From positions 1 through 62,650 of the IMG/VR virus record IMGVR_UViG_3300028840_001431: a DNA stretch of 62,650 bases; one strand, given 5' to 3'. Shown piece by piece: positions 7,607 through 17,806 of the stretch. The DNA comes from a virus (taxonomy: Duplodnaviria > Caudoviricetes). The notes beneath the pieces were generated by a model. That model did no database searches. It was given only the letters and a program-made list of their open reading frames with translations, and was not told the DNA's origin. A program made the translations under genes and the position numbers. The first letter of the stretch is position 1. The number at the start of each line of letters is the position of its first letter.

Positions 7607-7998
7607 TGGCAAGATCAAGGCTTATGCAATCAGTTGAGAGAGAAGCTCAGGCTATGGACCGAAGGACGGTCAGGCCTGTCAGGCGTTCAGCCTTACATCG
7701 TGGGGTCAGCAATGTCAGGGACTATTGGAAAACCAAGGTCCAGACGATGGCCTCTAAACGCCGTGGGCGAAAGATGAGATCGGCCCTGAAGGAAAAGAAA
7801 CGGTATCAGCGTTCTTTTGGGCGGGCTATGGGTGAGCGGGCTAAGTACATCCAGAGAATGAATAAATATGGTCGAACCCAAGGGGCCGGATTGAAGGAGT
7901 TCGGTGAGGCCCTGTTTAGCCCTGAAGAGAGGGCAAGGCGTCAACAAATCAACCGTCAACGTAGAGGCTTCACCCGAAGAAGGGAAGTCCGAAGATAG
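7606..7998 (+). CDS. Highly basic (Arg-rich) hypothetical protein
   Basis: GGAGG RBS; TAATG coupling. Confidence 0.6.
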   Translation: MARSRLMQSVEREAQAMDRRTVRPVRRSALHRGVSNVRDYWKTKVQTMASKRRGRKMRSALKEKKRYQRSFGRAMGERAKYIQRMNKYGRTQGAGLKEFGEALFSPEERARRQQINRQRRGFTRRREVRR

Positions 7999-8005
7999 GA
8001 GAAAA

Positions 8006-8311
8006 ATGAACGGAATATATCTACCAGACTCAGAGATCCTAGAGATCCGGGAAGAGGCTCAGACCTTGCTAGGGATCATTCAAAAGTTCGTTTGGGAGGT
8101 TCAGGCAGAACTAAACCTAGACTCTTCTGAATTAGAATCCCTGTTTACTTTCATGGGTGACATGGGTTGGGGGAATAAACCTAACACCATGATTGAATTA
8201 ACCAATTTATTGCGAAAGTTTGCAGAAGCAAGGAGGTTGACTGATGGGCCTGTCAATGACCGAGAAGGCAAGAGTGATGAAGGTGATCAACCAAGAGATT
8301 CCGGCACTTAA
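8006..8311 (+). CDS. Hypothetical protein
   Basis: AGGAG RBS before ATG 8006. Confidence 0.5.
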   Translation: MNGIYLPDSEILEIREEAQTLLGIIQKFVWEVQAELNLDSSELESLFTFMGDMGWGNKPNTMIELTNLLRKFAEARRLTDGPVNDREGKSDEGDQPRDSGT

Positions 8312-8417
8312 GGCGTTGGTAACGTCAGAGATTGCGGCTTTGAATGCCAAGATCGATGCATTAACCCCGCCGGAACCGAAGTCGAAGAAGAAGGGAAATT
8401 CCAAGAAAAAGGGTTAA
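8244..8417 (+). CDS. 57-aa hypothetical protein
   Basis: AAGGAGG RBS; MGLSMTEKARVMKVINQEIPALKAL...KKKG; ends just before the portal. Confidence 0.55.
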   Translation: MGLSMTEKARVMKVINQEIPALKALVTSEIAALNAKIDALTPPEPKSKKKGNSKKKG

Positions 8418-8420
8418 GCC

Positions 8421-10373
8421 ATGGCCGATGATCCCAAATCCGGCCTTGAGCAATTCTTGGCCAAACGCATAGAGGATGCCGCTGAAGAGCGAAAGCGTTT
8501 CCTTGAGTTGAAGTGGAAGGCCAACCTCAATGCCGTCACCAATCAGGATTCCCGCGTGACTCGTTGGAAATCCAAGGAGGGTGATGAGGAGTGGCAATCG
8601 ACCACGTATATCGGATTGACCAAGGCCAAGGTTTGGACCCTTTACGCTATTATCTTGGATACGGCCCTTCAGCGGGGTCAGGTTCCATTCATCCTTAAGC
8701 CGAGCCCTCATGAGAGGGAGCCATTGGGTGAGGCTGAGATCTCATCCCGTGACAAGAACATGAACAAAATGGGGGATAAGATCAGGGAACAATTCGCAGA
8801 TCGCCACTCTGATCGGGAATATATGAACAAGTTCCTATCCCTTGCCTATTACGGCATGACCTTTAGCAAATTCAACGTTGCCCCCGTTACCCGCCGAGGT
8901 TTTTCCCCTACCAATTACGCCGAACCCGGATTGCCCGAGGCTGAGGCTCAGGAATTCACACGTCATGAATATTACGAATATGAGGAACAGGTCCCCGGCT
9001 TTGAGTATCGCTCAGTTTGGGATATATGGTGGGATTTTGAGGCCGATAAATTTGAAGAGGGATGGGGTGTCATCGAAAGAGAGATGCTTTCCCTTTTTGA
9101 GTTGAATGCCAAGAAGGGAACGGTTGGGTATCTCGATGATCGCGTTGACGTTGTAATCAAAGAGCGTAAAGATAACAAGCTTTCAGATGAGGATTCTTTG
9201 AGGCCGGGATTAAGACACATCAAGACCCGGACCAAGGATATTGATGCTCGGGAGTATTGGGGCCGAGCCCCCGTTCAATTGGTTGAGGACTTTGAGAAAC
9301 ACGATATCGGGAAGAAGGGTGGGGGTGAATCTCAGATATCCTTAGAGGAATGGAACGAATCGGACGAAACCGGGGATGAGGTTGAGATCATTGCAACGAT
9401 GATCAACGGGAAATGTGTCCGATTCCTGAGAAGCCCTGACGGGTATCGACCTTATAAGAAATGTGTCCTTGAGAGTGAACTCGATTCGACAACAGGGACC
9501 GGGGTTGCTGATAACCTTGAGGACGTTCAGTATTCCTTGAATGGGATGGTTAGGGCCTTTGAGGATAACAAGAAACTTTCAGCCAACGTAATAACAGCCG
9601 TCAAGAAACGTTACTTTGCAAACCCAAAGCAGGGTGAGAAACTCCATCCGGGGATGCAAGTCGATATCTCCGATGAGTGTCCCGATGTACGTCACGCCAT
9701 CTTGCCTATCGTCATTCCCGATGTCGGTGAAACGCTGATCTCCGGGATTGAACGAATGGAACGATGGGGTGACACCGTTTCTCTCCTTCCGAACATCCTT
9801 CAAGGTTTCGTATTGCCCAAGCATACCCCGGACACGGCTTTTGAGATGAATCAACTCCAAGAGAATGCCGGGAAATATGTGGGTCAATGCATGAGGAACA
9901 TTGATGAGATGCTCATTGAGCCCGAGGTATGGGATATCTATGTTTACAACATGAGAGATCCCAACCGTGACGAGGAAGGAAACGTTCTCGACCAAACCCT
10001 AGAAGAGGCCAAGGGAAACTATGTGCCTCATGCCCAAGGATTCACGGGCTTTCAGAATAAGGTGATCCGAGGTCAGAAGATCAAGGAGATCCTTGCAATG
10101 GTGCTATCAGCCGAGCAATTGGCCATCGAAGCCAAGGTTAGGCCGCACCTTGAGGTAATCTATCGGTCTTATGACGCTGATCCTGATGAGTTCCTGAAAT
10201 CGCCTGAGGAGAAAGAGCAAGAGCTTCAGGATGAGGCGACACGTCAGGAAAAGGCAAAACAAGAGGCCATCCTTGCCCTGAAGGCCGAGAAAGACCTTGA
10301 AGACGCTAACGCTGAGAAGGACTTTCAACGGGACGTAATCAAGGAAGGAGTGAAGGCGGCGGTTAATCAATGA
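8421..10373 (+). CDS. Portal protein
   Basis: 650 aa; position before scaffold/MCP; GTGVADNLEDVQYSLNGMVRAFEDN and TAFEMNQL motifs typical of podovirus portals. Confidence 0.8.
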   Translation: MADDPKSGLEQFLAKRIEDAAEERKRFLELKWKANLNAVTNQDSRVTRWKSKEGDEEWQSTTYIGLTKAKVWTLYAIILDTALQRGQVPFILKPSPHEREPLGEAEISSRDKNMNKMGDKIREQFADRHSDREYMNKFLSLAYYGMTFSKFNVAPVTRRGFSPTNYAEPGLPEAEAQEFTRHEYYEYEEQVPGFEYRSVWDIWWDFEADKFEEGWGVIEREMLSLFELNAKKGTVGYLDDRVDVVIKERKDNKLSDEDSLRPGLRHIKTRTKDIDAREYWGRAPVQLVEDFEKHDIGKKGGGESQISLEEWNESDETGDEVEIIATMINGKCVRFLRSPDGYRPYKKCVLESELDSTTGTGVADNLEDVQYSLNGMVRAFEDNKKLSANVITAVKKRYFANPKQGEKLHPGMQVDISDECPDVRHAILPIVIPDVGETLISGIERMERWGDTVSLLPNILQGFVLPKHTPDTAFEMNQLQENAGKYVGQCMRNIDEMLIEPEVWDIYVYNMRDPNRDEEGNVLDQTLEEAKGNYVPHAQGFTGFQNKVIRGQKIKEILAMVLSAEQLAIEAKVRPHLEVIYRSYDADPDEFLKSPEEKEQELQDEATRQEKAKQEAILALKAEKDLEDANAEKDFQRDVIKEGVKAAVNQ

Positions 10374-10651
10374 TTGAAATAACTGAAGACATCCTTGAGG
10401 GCCTGAAAGAGCGGATTGACCAAGAGGTTGAGAAGCTTTTGAAGGCTTTTCATGGAAGGCACAAGATCAAACAGGCCTATGATGAGTGGGTCAAGTCCTT
10501 GGATCGGGGGCTTTATCCTGATGATCCTGATGCCCTCTTCAGTTTGTTCTATCTTGACAAGGCCATCCTTCATGTGAGAAAAGGGGAAAACCCCTTATTT
10601 ATCAAATTCATAGAGCCCCAAGGAGGGAACTTAGATGCCGAAGAAGCCTGA
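10370..10651 (+). CDS. Hypothetical protein
   Basis: ATGA coupling to the portal. Confidence 0.6.
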   Translation: MIEITEDILEGLKERIDQEVEKLLKAFHGRHKIKQAYDEWVKSLDRGLYPDDPDALFSLFYLDKAILHVRKGENPLFIKFIEPQGGNLDAEEA

Positions 10652-11039
10652 GAGCAAAAGCCTAGGAGAAGTTTACAAGGGAAAGGTTGTTCACATCGTT
10701 GGTGCGGGTGCAAGTGATTACATGGGAAGGATCGATGATTCCCCTCATCCTCTCGGGTGGGGATGGGTCAGAATCTTAGATCCCTGCATCGTTAGGATCA
10801 GGGTTGCGAATCAGACGGTTGAAACCGGAGTTTCCCGTCTTGGAGGGCCTGAGCAAGCTTACGAGATGAGCGTTGACGTTTTCATTGGGGACCTGAGCAT
10901 TGAAATCAGGACCTTGCGTGAAGGTGGGGAGCTTATGGCTTCATATGAGCGTCAACTTGCAAACGTCACGAAGAGGATTGTCTCTCCGAGTTCTAGGGAC
11001 GTTGCAAACATCTCCGCTCAAAAGAAGTTCTTGCAGTAA
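10635..11039 (+). CDS. Hypothetical protein
   Basis: AGGAGG RBS. Confidence 0.6.
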   Translation: MPKKPESKSLGEVYKGKVVHIVGAGASDYMGRIDDSPHPLGWGWVRILDPCIVRIRVANQTVETGVSRLGGPEQAYEMSVDVFIGDLSIEIRTLREGGELMASYERQLANVTKRIVSPSSRDVANISAQKKFLQ

Positions 11040-11275
11040 TGCCCTTAGATGCCCAAGACATAGCTACAATAGCAACCCTTCCCCGTTCCGAGTATTGGAG
11101 GTCATTAAGGAAATGGCTTGACGACGAAAAGGCCACGGTCAGAAACAAGATCAGGAACAACCCTCAGGTGAATGACAAGGATTTTCGTCAGGATATAAAG
11201 TGGTTACTCTCACGGGAAGCTTTGATTGATGAGTTGATTGAGCTTCCAAACAAGATCAGGGAAAGGGAGGAATAA
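11039..11275 (+). CDS. Small helical head-module protein
   Basis: TAATG coupling; typical portal-scaffold spacer gene. Confidence 0.6.
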   Translation: MPLDAQDIATIATLPRSEYWRSLRKWLDDEKATVRNKIRNNPQVNDKDFRQDIKWLLSREALIDELIELPNKIREREE

Positions 11276-11279
11276 GAAA

Positions 11280-11876
11280 ATGAACAAACGATTTGCAATT
11301 GTAGCGTTGACGGCATTGATGGTTTTCGTTTTTGCGGGAATGGCCTTGGCTGACCCTTTCACCGGAAGGCCTCACACTTGGAGAGGTGAGCAGATTTACC
11401 GGGGAGAGATGAAGTTCAGGGGTGATAACGCGGATCTCACTTTGGAATCCGGGTCCGAGATTACCCTGACCACGGCTCCCCGATATACGACCACAACCCT
11501 TACTTGGACTGCTGGCACGGGATACACGGTTCCCTCGACCGTAAAAACCGGGGCCGTCTATCAATTCGATATCTCTTCGGCCACAAGTTCAAGTGCCGGG
11601 GGCGATAATGGCATCATGGATGTCGGCACGGCAGGGGTGACAATTCATATTCCCACCCCAACCGCAGTTAATCATGATACGATCTTCGGGCTTCAGAAGA
11701 TCGACTCCGGGACAACGGACGCTATTCTCTACTGTGCGGGCCTTCCGATCTTTTGGGCTTCGTCCGGTACAACCAATGTGAGCAAGGAAATGGATGCCCA
11801 AGGGGATATCGTTTGGTTGCAACTTAATTACAATGGTGCGGTTAGTGTCTTTGCGGTCAACGAGTATATGCATTAA
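11280..11876 (+). CDS. Signal-peptide-bearing beta-rich protein (possible virion decoration)
   Basis: GGAGG RBS; MNKRFAIVALTALMVFVFAGMALA-DPF. Confidence 0.65.
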   Translation: MNKRFAIVALTALMVFVFAGMALADPFTGRPHTWRGEQIYRGEMKFRGDNADLTLESGSEITLTTAPRYTTTTLTWTAGTGYTVPSTVKTGAVYQFDISSATSSSAGGDNGIMDVGTAGVTIHIPTPTAVNHDTIFGLQKIDSGTTDAILYCAGLPIFWASSGTTNVSKEMDAQGDIVWLQLNYNGAVSVFAVNEYMH

Positions 11877-11926
11877 TCCTTAGAGTTCTGAAATCCTAAA
11901 TACATATGTGAATTGGAGGAGTTGAG

Positions 11927-12982
11927 ATGGTCGATGAGAGTCAGGCCCTAGAGGCAACGGAAACCGAATCAGAAGATGTGAGCTTAGACGAAGGCGAATC
12001 CGTCTTTGATGATGCTTTCGATGAGGCCATAGGCGACAAACCCGATGAAGGATCTTCCGAAGAGAAATCCGAGGAGGATGAAGGGGATAAGGACAAATCC
12101 GAGGCCGAGGGTGAAGCTGAATCCGATGAGGCTGAGGCTGAGGATGAGTCTGAGGAGGACAAAGACGAATCTGAAGAAGATGAGGAGAAAGGTCAGGAAG
12201 ATGAAGACGACAAGGACAAGGATGAGGGTGACGAAGATCTGACCCCGGCTCAGAAGCGGGGAAAGATCCTGATCGAGTCCGAAAAAGGTGGGGTAGGCGA
12301 TGAAGAAGGGGATGAGGACCTTGAGGATGAGGGTTATTCCCCCGATGAAGGCCAACCACCCCCGATTGAAGCCATTGATGATCGAGTTGCCGGGGCTTAT
12401 ATCGGGATGCTTGATGTCGGAAAGCTTCCTGAGTCCCTTAAGGTTGGGGATGAAGTGATCAACCTTAAGGCGTATTATGAGGACAATCCTGAAGTTCCTG
12501 TCATTACAACGTTGATGGCCCGTCAGATCATTGGTCGGTTGGTTGATTCCGGTGTCCTGATGACGGGTGACGATGCCGCTGAAATGATGGAGGAAGTTTC
12601 TGATCGTGTCTATCGGTTAAGACTTACTCAAGAATGGCCGGATACCAATATGGAAGAGGTCATTGACAGTAAGGAATTTATCGATTGGGTACAAAACGAA
12701 GCTCCCGAGGAAACTCAGGCTCTTTTCAGATCCGATGACCCTGAGGATCATGTCTTAGGGTTCCGGGAGTATTTTGATAATTCCCCGGCCAAGAAAGGAT
12801 CGAAAGAGAAGGCCTCAAAGGCTGATGCTCAGGCCCGCAAGAGCAAGGCTGAGTTTGATGCCGTACACACTTCATCGGCTAGAAGGACCTCTAAGAAGGG
12901 TGGAGGAACCCCGGCGGTCGAGGAAGATTATGCTTCCGCTTTTTCGGACGCCGCTGATGCCGTGGAGAAGGAAGGGGTATGA
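11927..12982 (+). CDS. Capsid scaffolding protein
   Basis: Very acidic low-complexity N-terminus; directly upstream of com/MCP. Confidence 0.7.
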   Translation: MVDESQALEATETESEDVSLDEGESVFDDAFDEAIGDKPDEGSSEEKSEEDEGDKDKSEAEGEAESDEAEAEDESEEDKDESEEDEEKGQEDEDDKDKDEGDEDLTPAQKRGKILIESEKGGVGDEEGDEDLEDEGYSPDEGQPPPIEAIDDRVAGAYIGMLDVGKLPESLKVGDEVINLKAYYEDNPEVPVITTLMARQIIGRLVDSGVLMTGDDAAEMMEEVSDRVYRLRLTQEWPDTNMEEVIDSKEFIDWVQNEAPEETQALFRSDDPEDHVLGFREYFDNSPAKKGSKEKASKADAQARKSKAEFDAVHTSSARRTSKKGGGTPAVEEDYASAFSDAADAVEKEGV

Positions 12983-13164
12983 ACCCTGATTCACCAACCG
13001 CTAAATTTGATGGAGAGTGGCCTGATATAGATGTCAACTATGACGTTGAAATCAGGTGTCCAGAGTGCGGGAAGCTCATAGGCAAAGGAGAATATTCCGA
13101 GTCAGGTCAGGAATTCCGTTGCCCTAAGTGCTTTCACATTTTTGCAGTTAAAAAAGCTAATTGA
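12979..13164 (+). CDS. Mu Com-like zinc-ribbon regulator
   Basis: EIRCPECGKLIGKG...EFRCPKC. Confidence 0.6.
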   Translation: MNPDSPTAKFDGEWPDIDVNYDVEIRCPECGKLIGKGEYSESGQEFRCPKCFHIFAVKKAN

Positions 13165-13242
13165 TCAAACGTTACGTTTGACCATGCCCGAGGCCCTGAG
13201 AGGCCCTTTTGGTCGGTAACATGATCCAGAAGGAGATCTCTC

Positions 13243-14265
13243 ATGGGAGAAACCATTAATACCTACGGGGACATTTCCCCGAGAACAGCGGCTTATGCGG
13301 CGGCTCGGTTGCTCATGCGGGGACAGCATGACATGATCACCGAGCGTTTTGGGCAATCCCGCCCGATTCCGAAACGTCACACGAAGAGCATCAAGTTTCG
13401 GAGATACGAGTCTCTCCCCCGTGCCACGGCCCCCTTGGCCGAAGGCATCCCGCCCAAAGGTCGGAAGCTCACCTATACCGATGTCACCGCGACACTTGAG
13501 CAGTACGGTGATTTCGTTGAGCTTACCGATGTCATCAAGGACACTCACGAAGACGATGTATTCAAGGAGTCGTTTGACCTCTGCGGGGAGCAAGCGGCTG
13601 AAACGGTTGAGGTTGTCCGTATTGCGGTAATGAAAGCGGGAACCAACGTCTTTTATGCCAACAATGCCGGATCTCGATCAGCTATTAATTCTCCGGGTGT
13701 CCGGGGTGACTTCCGAAGGATTTATCGTTCCTTCCGAAGGAACAAGGCCCGTCAGATATCCAAGATGGTCCGAGCTTCCGCGAAGATCTCCACCGAGCCC
13801 GTGAATGCGGCCTTCTTCGTATTGGGTCACACCGATTGTGATTCCGATATCCGAGGACTTGAAGGGTTCGTTCCGGTCGAGCAGTATTCCGATTCGACCA
13901 AGGCCCTTCCCACCGAAATCGGGAAGATGGATCAGTTCCGTTTTTGCCTGACGGCCCTGTTTGAGCCTTGGGAAGCGGCGGGTACGGCTGGTCAAACCTA
14001 TCTGAGTGGTGGGGAGATTGTCACGTCCGACACGGCGGCTGATGTCTATCCGCTGATTGTCCTTGCAAAGAATGCCTATGGCATCGTTCCCTTGCAGGGT
14101 CAGAACGCCGTGAAACCCGCCGTGAGGAACCCCGATCAGCCTGCCGTGGGTGATGAGCTTGGGCAAAAGGGATTCGTTTCGTGGAAAATGTACCAAACAG
14201 CCGTAATCTTGAATCAATTGTGGATGGCCCGCCTTGAGGTGGCCGCTACAGCCGTCCCGAGTTAA
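13243..14265 (+). CDS. Major capsid protein, N4-gp56 family
   Basis: YGDISPRTA...KFRRY...LAEGIPP...LEQYGDFVELTD...DELGQKGFVSWK...ILNQLWMARLEVAA. Confidence 0.9.
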   Translation: MGETINTYGDISPRTAAYAAARLLMRGQHDMITERFGQSRPIPKRHTKSIKFRRYESLPRATAPLAEGIPPKGRKLTYTDVTATLEQYGDFVELTDVIKDTHEDDVFKESFDLCGEQAAETVEVVRIAVMKAGTNVFYANNAGSRSAINSPGVRGDFRRIYRSFRRNKARQISKMVRASAKISTEPVNAAFFVLGHTDCDSDIRGLEGFVPVEQYSDSTKALPTEIGKMDQFRFCLTALFEPWEAAGTAGQTYLSGGEIVTSDTAADVYPLIVLAKNAYGIVPLQGQNAVKPAVRNPDQPAVGDELGQKGFVSWKMYQTAVILNQLWMARLEVAATAVPS

Positions 14266-14374
14266 TCAATAGCCTATCCAACGGGGCCGGGGGGTGAGGC
14301 CCGAAAAGCTGATCCCCCCGAATATCAACTTAACGAAGTTGCTTGGCCGATGGGTTGAGCAAAGGAGAATGGTC

Positions 14375-15103
14375 ATGCGTAGAGTAGCAGGAACGTGGAA
14401 CGGAACCGCCGCCGATGTCTATCTTTGCATCGGATTTGTCCCGGATTGGGTCAAGATCGTCAACATTGAAGGAACCGCCCAAGAGCAAATCGAATGGTCC
14501 CGAATGATGCTTCGTTCCGATGGAACGATGATCGAAGGTGTCCAGACGACCGGGGATTATGTTGCTACCGAATTGACAGCCGGGAACGGAATCTTGCCGT
14601 ATTACGGTGGGGATCTTTTGACCTCTTCAAACCAAACCTCGACTACATACGGGGAGGGAGTCTATCTCGGTTGGGATAACAAGGATTACCGTTATCTCAC
14701 GAATTCGGCACTCGGGATTGTGGGTGATGCCGCCGATGCCGATATCACCACTTGGACCCTTGGGAGTTCGGCCAATAGGACCGGGAATTTCAACTCCGAT
14801 GTGACCGGAACTTATATCGGGCCGGGGTCGAAGATCCTGATCCAAAGGCCTCAGGGTGCGGCAAACAGCGGGGAAGTCGAGGAACATGCCATTAACACCC
14901 TAGCGGCGGGTGCGGGAGTGTCGGCCAATGAGGTGACTCTTTCGGCCTCGATGGCTTCCGGTAACGTTCGTTTCATTGGTGGGAAATATTCCATGGCTCC
15001 CATTGCCTTGAACAAGACCACCTTGGACGGTTTCCGAGTTTCCAACACAACTGTCAACGTAAACGATGAGATCATCATGTTTGAGGCCGGAACTTACAAC
15101 TAA
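14375..15103 (+). CDS. Virion structural protein (capsid cement/decoration-like)
   Basis: AGGAG RBS; follows MCP; CIGFVPDWVKIVN motif. Confidence 0.6.
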   Translation: MRRVAGTWNGTAADVYLCIGFVPDWVKIVNIEGTAQEQIEWSRMMLRSDGTMIEGVQTTGDYVATELTAGNGILPYYGGDLLTSSNQTSTTYGEGVYLGWDNKDYRYLTNSALGIVGDAADADITTWTLGSSANRTGNFNSDVTGTYIGPGSKILIQRPQGAANSGEVEEHAINTLAAGAGVSANEVTLSASMASGNVRFIGGKYSMAPIALNKTTLDGFRVSNTTVNVNDEIIMFEAGTYN

Positions 15104-15120
15104 ACCTTTTTGAATGATTC

Positions 15121-15153
15121 CGGGGACGGGGGAGAAATTCCCCCTCCCCTTTT
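15121..15153 (+). terminator. Rho-independent terminator candidate
   Basis: GGGGACGGGGGA-GAAAT-TCCCCCTCCCC followed by TTTT. Confidence 0.55.
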
Positions 15154-15166
15154 GAGGAGAGAAGCT

Positions 15167-16027
15167 ATGACGACCGAAAACTTACCCTTAGAGGTCATGG
15201 AATTCATTGAGGCTTTTGCCTCGATTCAAAATGAGGCTGTTCTTAGGCAGTTTGAGCATACCAATCGTGGCAGGATTCAGGATCTCCCGTCATGTTGGAT
15301 GAAATGGAATGAAACGTGGCAAAGGGTGACAGGAACCCCGTATTTCAAGGCGATCACCGAGACTCCAATAAAATCTAGCCTTGCCGGGGGTAGCCGAGTT
15401 GATCCGAAGTCCCGAAATTATAAAACCCTTATTAGATTCAAGCAGATCGATTGGAATAAAACCCTTGAGCAGTACGGGAGAAGGAAGAAGGGGATTGTCT
15501 ATGCCCTCAGGGGCATACCCGTTGAAGACGACCAATACCGTTCGATCATCCACAAAACATCCCAAAACCAGTTGATCAAGCTGGTTGGTGAGGAAATATC
15601 GGAAAGGATCATCGAAGATTCTAAGGGAACCAATTTCCAAGGGTCAATAACCCACCTAGGCAAAGGGAAGGATAAGACTCCGTTGGATATTGAGGTTGAA
15701 TGTTGGGGATATTGGGAGGTTCTATTTGCTCCCGCCTCGGGCAAGGATGACTTCAGAGAGGTTGTCCTTCAATGGGAAGGGCAATGCCTTCAGATCCAAA
15801 GGAACGTCCCGGTTATCCTCCCCGGCTATTACCTAGAGGTGAATGATAATGCCACTTATCCCGTTTACACGCAAACTCCCGAGCAATCCCGAAAGATCAC
15901 CGGATACGTCCAGTTTTTCCCTTGCACGGTCATGAGAGAGGCGACTGAGAAGGAATACTTCATTATGAAGAAGCAAGGGGACAGGATCACTCGGGAAGCC
16001 CGAAGGAGGGAAGAAGAGGCGGCATAA
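15167..16027 (+). CDS. Hypothetical protein (head-tail module)
   Basis: GAGGAG RBS before ATG 15167. Confidence 0.65.
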   Translation: MTTENLPLEVMEFIEAFASIQNEAVLRQFEHTNRGRIQDLPSCWMKWNETWQRVTGTPYFKAITETPIKSSLAGGSRVDPKSRNYKTLIRFKQIDWNKTLEQYGRRKKGIVYALRGIPVEDDQYRSIIHKTSQNQLIKLVGEEISERIIEDSKGTNFQGSITHLGKGKDKTPLDIEVECWGYWEVLFAPASGKDDFREVVLQWEGQCLQIQRNVPVILPGYYLEVNDNATYPVYTQTPEQSRKITGYVQFFPCTVMREATEKEYFIMKKQGDRITREARRREEEAA

Positions 16028-17053
16028 ATGAGCCAAACACCAATATCAAACAAAGCCTTGATTCAGAATTGCAAGGACTTTGTTCAGGATGATCCAACGG
16101 GCCAAACTCTTGAGCCCATGATCAAGGTTGCCCTCAAGACTGCGATTCGTGAGATCAACGAAATCGATGAGCAAGAGCCCCTTGGATGGAACCGCCAATC
16201 TTATGATGAGCTTTTTACGAAGGCTTATTGTGAGATTTCCGCTATCACGGCGGCGGCTCCCGGAGTCATTACCGCTGAATCAGTCCATGAGGATCTTGAG
16301 GATGAGCACGGCCTTGTAAGTGGGGAAATTGTTTGGATTGATGGAATCTACGGGATGGATCGTCTAAACCGCCGCTTATATCGGGTGGTAAAAGTTGACG
16401 ACGATCAGTTCTCATTGCTTCAATTGGATGGGACAAATGCAATAAACACTGATGGATATGATGCTTATACATCCGGTGGGCATGTTTATTCATGCGGCAT
16501 GGTCTTAACGGCTTCCGATATAGAGCCTGATACCGGGGACGCTGAGGACAGGTGGAAAATCAAGAGGGTGTTTGATATCCAGTTCGATGGATATCCTGCT
16601 GATCCGATCACCGATGGAGAGGTCAAGGGGGATCAGAAATGGCTCAGGCCGGGAGGTAGGCCAAAGCGTTGGCAATATAAGCGGTTTTCCAATGCGGGCC
16701 TTGACGCCGGATTTGAGCACATCATTATGTGGTATCCTCCATGTAATGATCGATATAATGTTTCAATCGATATCGAGAAGGCATACCCGGATATTGCAAG
16801 CTGGACTTCAGGCAAATACCCGAATCTTCCTCCCGAGGTCCATGATTGCATATGGCATCGGGCTCTTCACACCTTGGCCACGAATGCCGAAAAGGCAAAG
16901 CGTGAGTCAGGTGATAGAATGATGGGTAAGATTGAAGTCCTCTATAAGGCCCATTGGGCTGAGCAAGTCATCAAGGATGACAGGTTCATTAAGAACTTCA
17001 GTCGTCAGTTAATTGGGGATCAGCCTAGGTCATCCTCGGGGTGGTCAGCTTAG
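16028..17053 (+). CDS. Head-tail adaptor with inserted E1-FCCH-like beta domain
   Basis: AITAAAPGVITA...HGLVSGEIVWIDGIYGMDRLN...YTSGG; GRPKRW...WYPP adaptor pattern. Confidence 0.6.
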   Translation: MSQTPISNKALIQNCKDFVQDDPTGQTLEPMIKVALKTAIREINEIDEQEPLGWNRQSYDELFTKAYCEISAITAAAPGVITAESVHEDLEDEHGLVSGEIVWIDGIYGMDRLNRRLYRVVKVDDDQFSLLQLDGTNAINTDGYDAYTSGGHVYSCGMVLTASDIEPDTGDAEDRWKIKRVFDIQFDGYPADPITDGEVKGDQKWLRPGGRPKRWQYKRFSNAGLDAGFEHIIMWYPPCNDRYNVSIDIEKAYPDIASWTSGKYPNLPPEVHDCIWHRALHTLATNAEKAKRESGDRMMGKIEVLYKAHWAEQVIKDDRFIKNFSRQLIGDQPRSSSGWSA

Positions 17054-17094
17054 TCCCGTCCCTAAAACTCTTGACTGAGATTTAGGAGTATGAT

Positions 17095-17805
17095 ATGAAA
17101 GCCCTCATCTCTTCGTTTTGTGTCCTCCTTATCATGCTTGGGGGCCTCGATCTTGCCTTCGGCGGCTCCCAAGCCACCTCCTCTTTAACAGCCGCGACAA
17201 TTGAAACCCGAGCAAGACGTGACCTCGATGAGGATACGGCCCAATATTGGAATCAGGATGACATGATCCAATGGATTGATGAGGCCGTTAGGGAGATCGT
17301 TTATACCACCAAATGTCTTGAATCCGGGACCTCTCTTATCGTTATCAAAGATAGCGTTTTCACTTATGATATTACCGGGAATTGGCTAACCGTTGAGACT
17401 GTCACTTATGATAGCGGGGTTACTGATGACCGGGATTATCTCTTCACCCTCAAAAGAATCAATCTGAGATCCCTCGGGCATAGCAAGGAAACGGGAAACC
17501 CGAAATACTTTGCTGTTTGGAATGATGATCTCATCATTGAGCCCGTCCCCGGAGCAGATCAATCAGGAACGACTCTCTATCTTTATCGAACCGATCTTCC
17601 TTCGGGCGTAACCCTCATCACAAGCCCAATCGAAACGCCCACCTATTTTGACACAGCAATCCTTGATTATGTGAAGGCCAAGGCCCTTTATAAGGATAGC
17701 AAGGAAGTCCGGGGTGACTACCATATGTCACGGTTCAAAAGCCGGATTGCTTCATGGATGATTCATATGTTGCCGGGAGGGTTGTCCCTGACCGAAGAGG
17801 ATTAA
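17095..17805 (+). CDS. Second adaptor/tail tubular-A-like protein with N-terminal signal-like segment
   Basis: YWNQDDMIQWIDEAVREI...GNPKYF...IEPVP...AILDYVKAKALYKD. Confidence 0.6.
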   Translation: MKALISSFCVLLIMLGGLDLAFGGSQATSSLTAATIETRARRDLDEDTAQYWNQDDMIQWIDEAVREIVYTTKCLESGTSLIVIKDSVFTYDITGNWLTVETVTYDSGVTDDRDYLFTLKRINLRSLGHSKETGNPKYFAVWNDDLIIEPVPGADQSGTTLYLYRTDLPSGVTLITSPIETPTYFDTAILDYVKAKALYKDSKEVRGDYHMSRFKSRIASWMIHMLPGGLSLTEED

Positions 17806-17806
17806 A

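Noticed and set aside
11990-12350. GAG/GAT/GAA-rich repetitive DNA
   Set aside because: Explained by the acidic low-complexity scaffold protein; the opposite-strand ORFs there are shadows.
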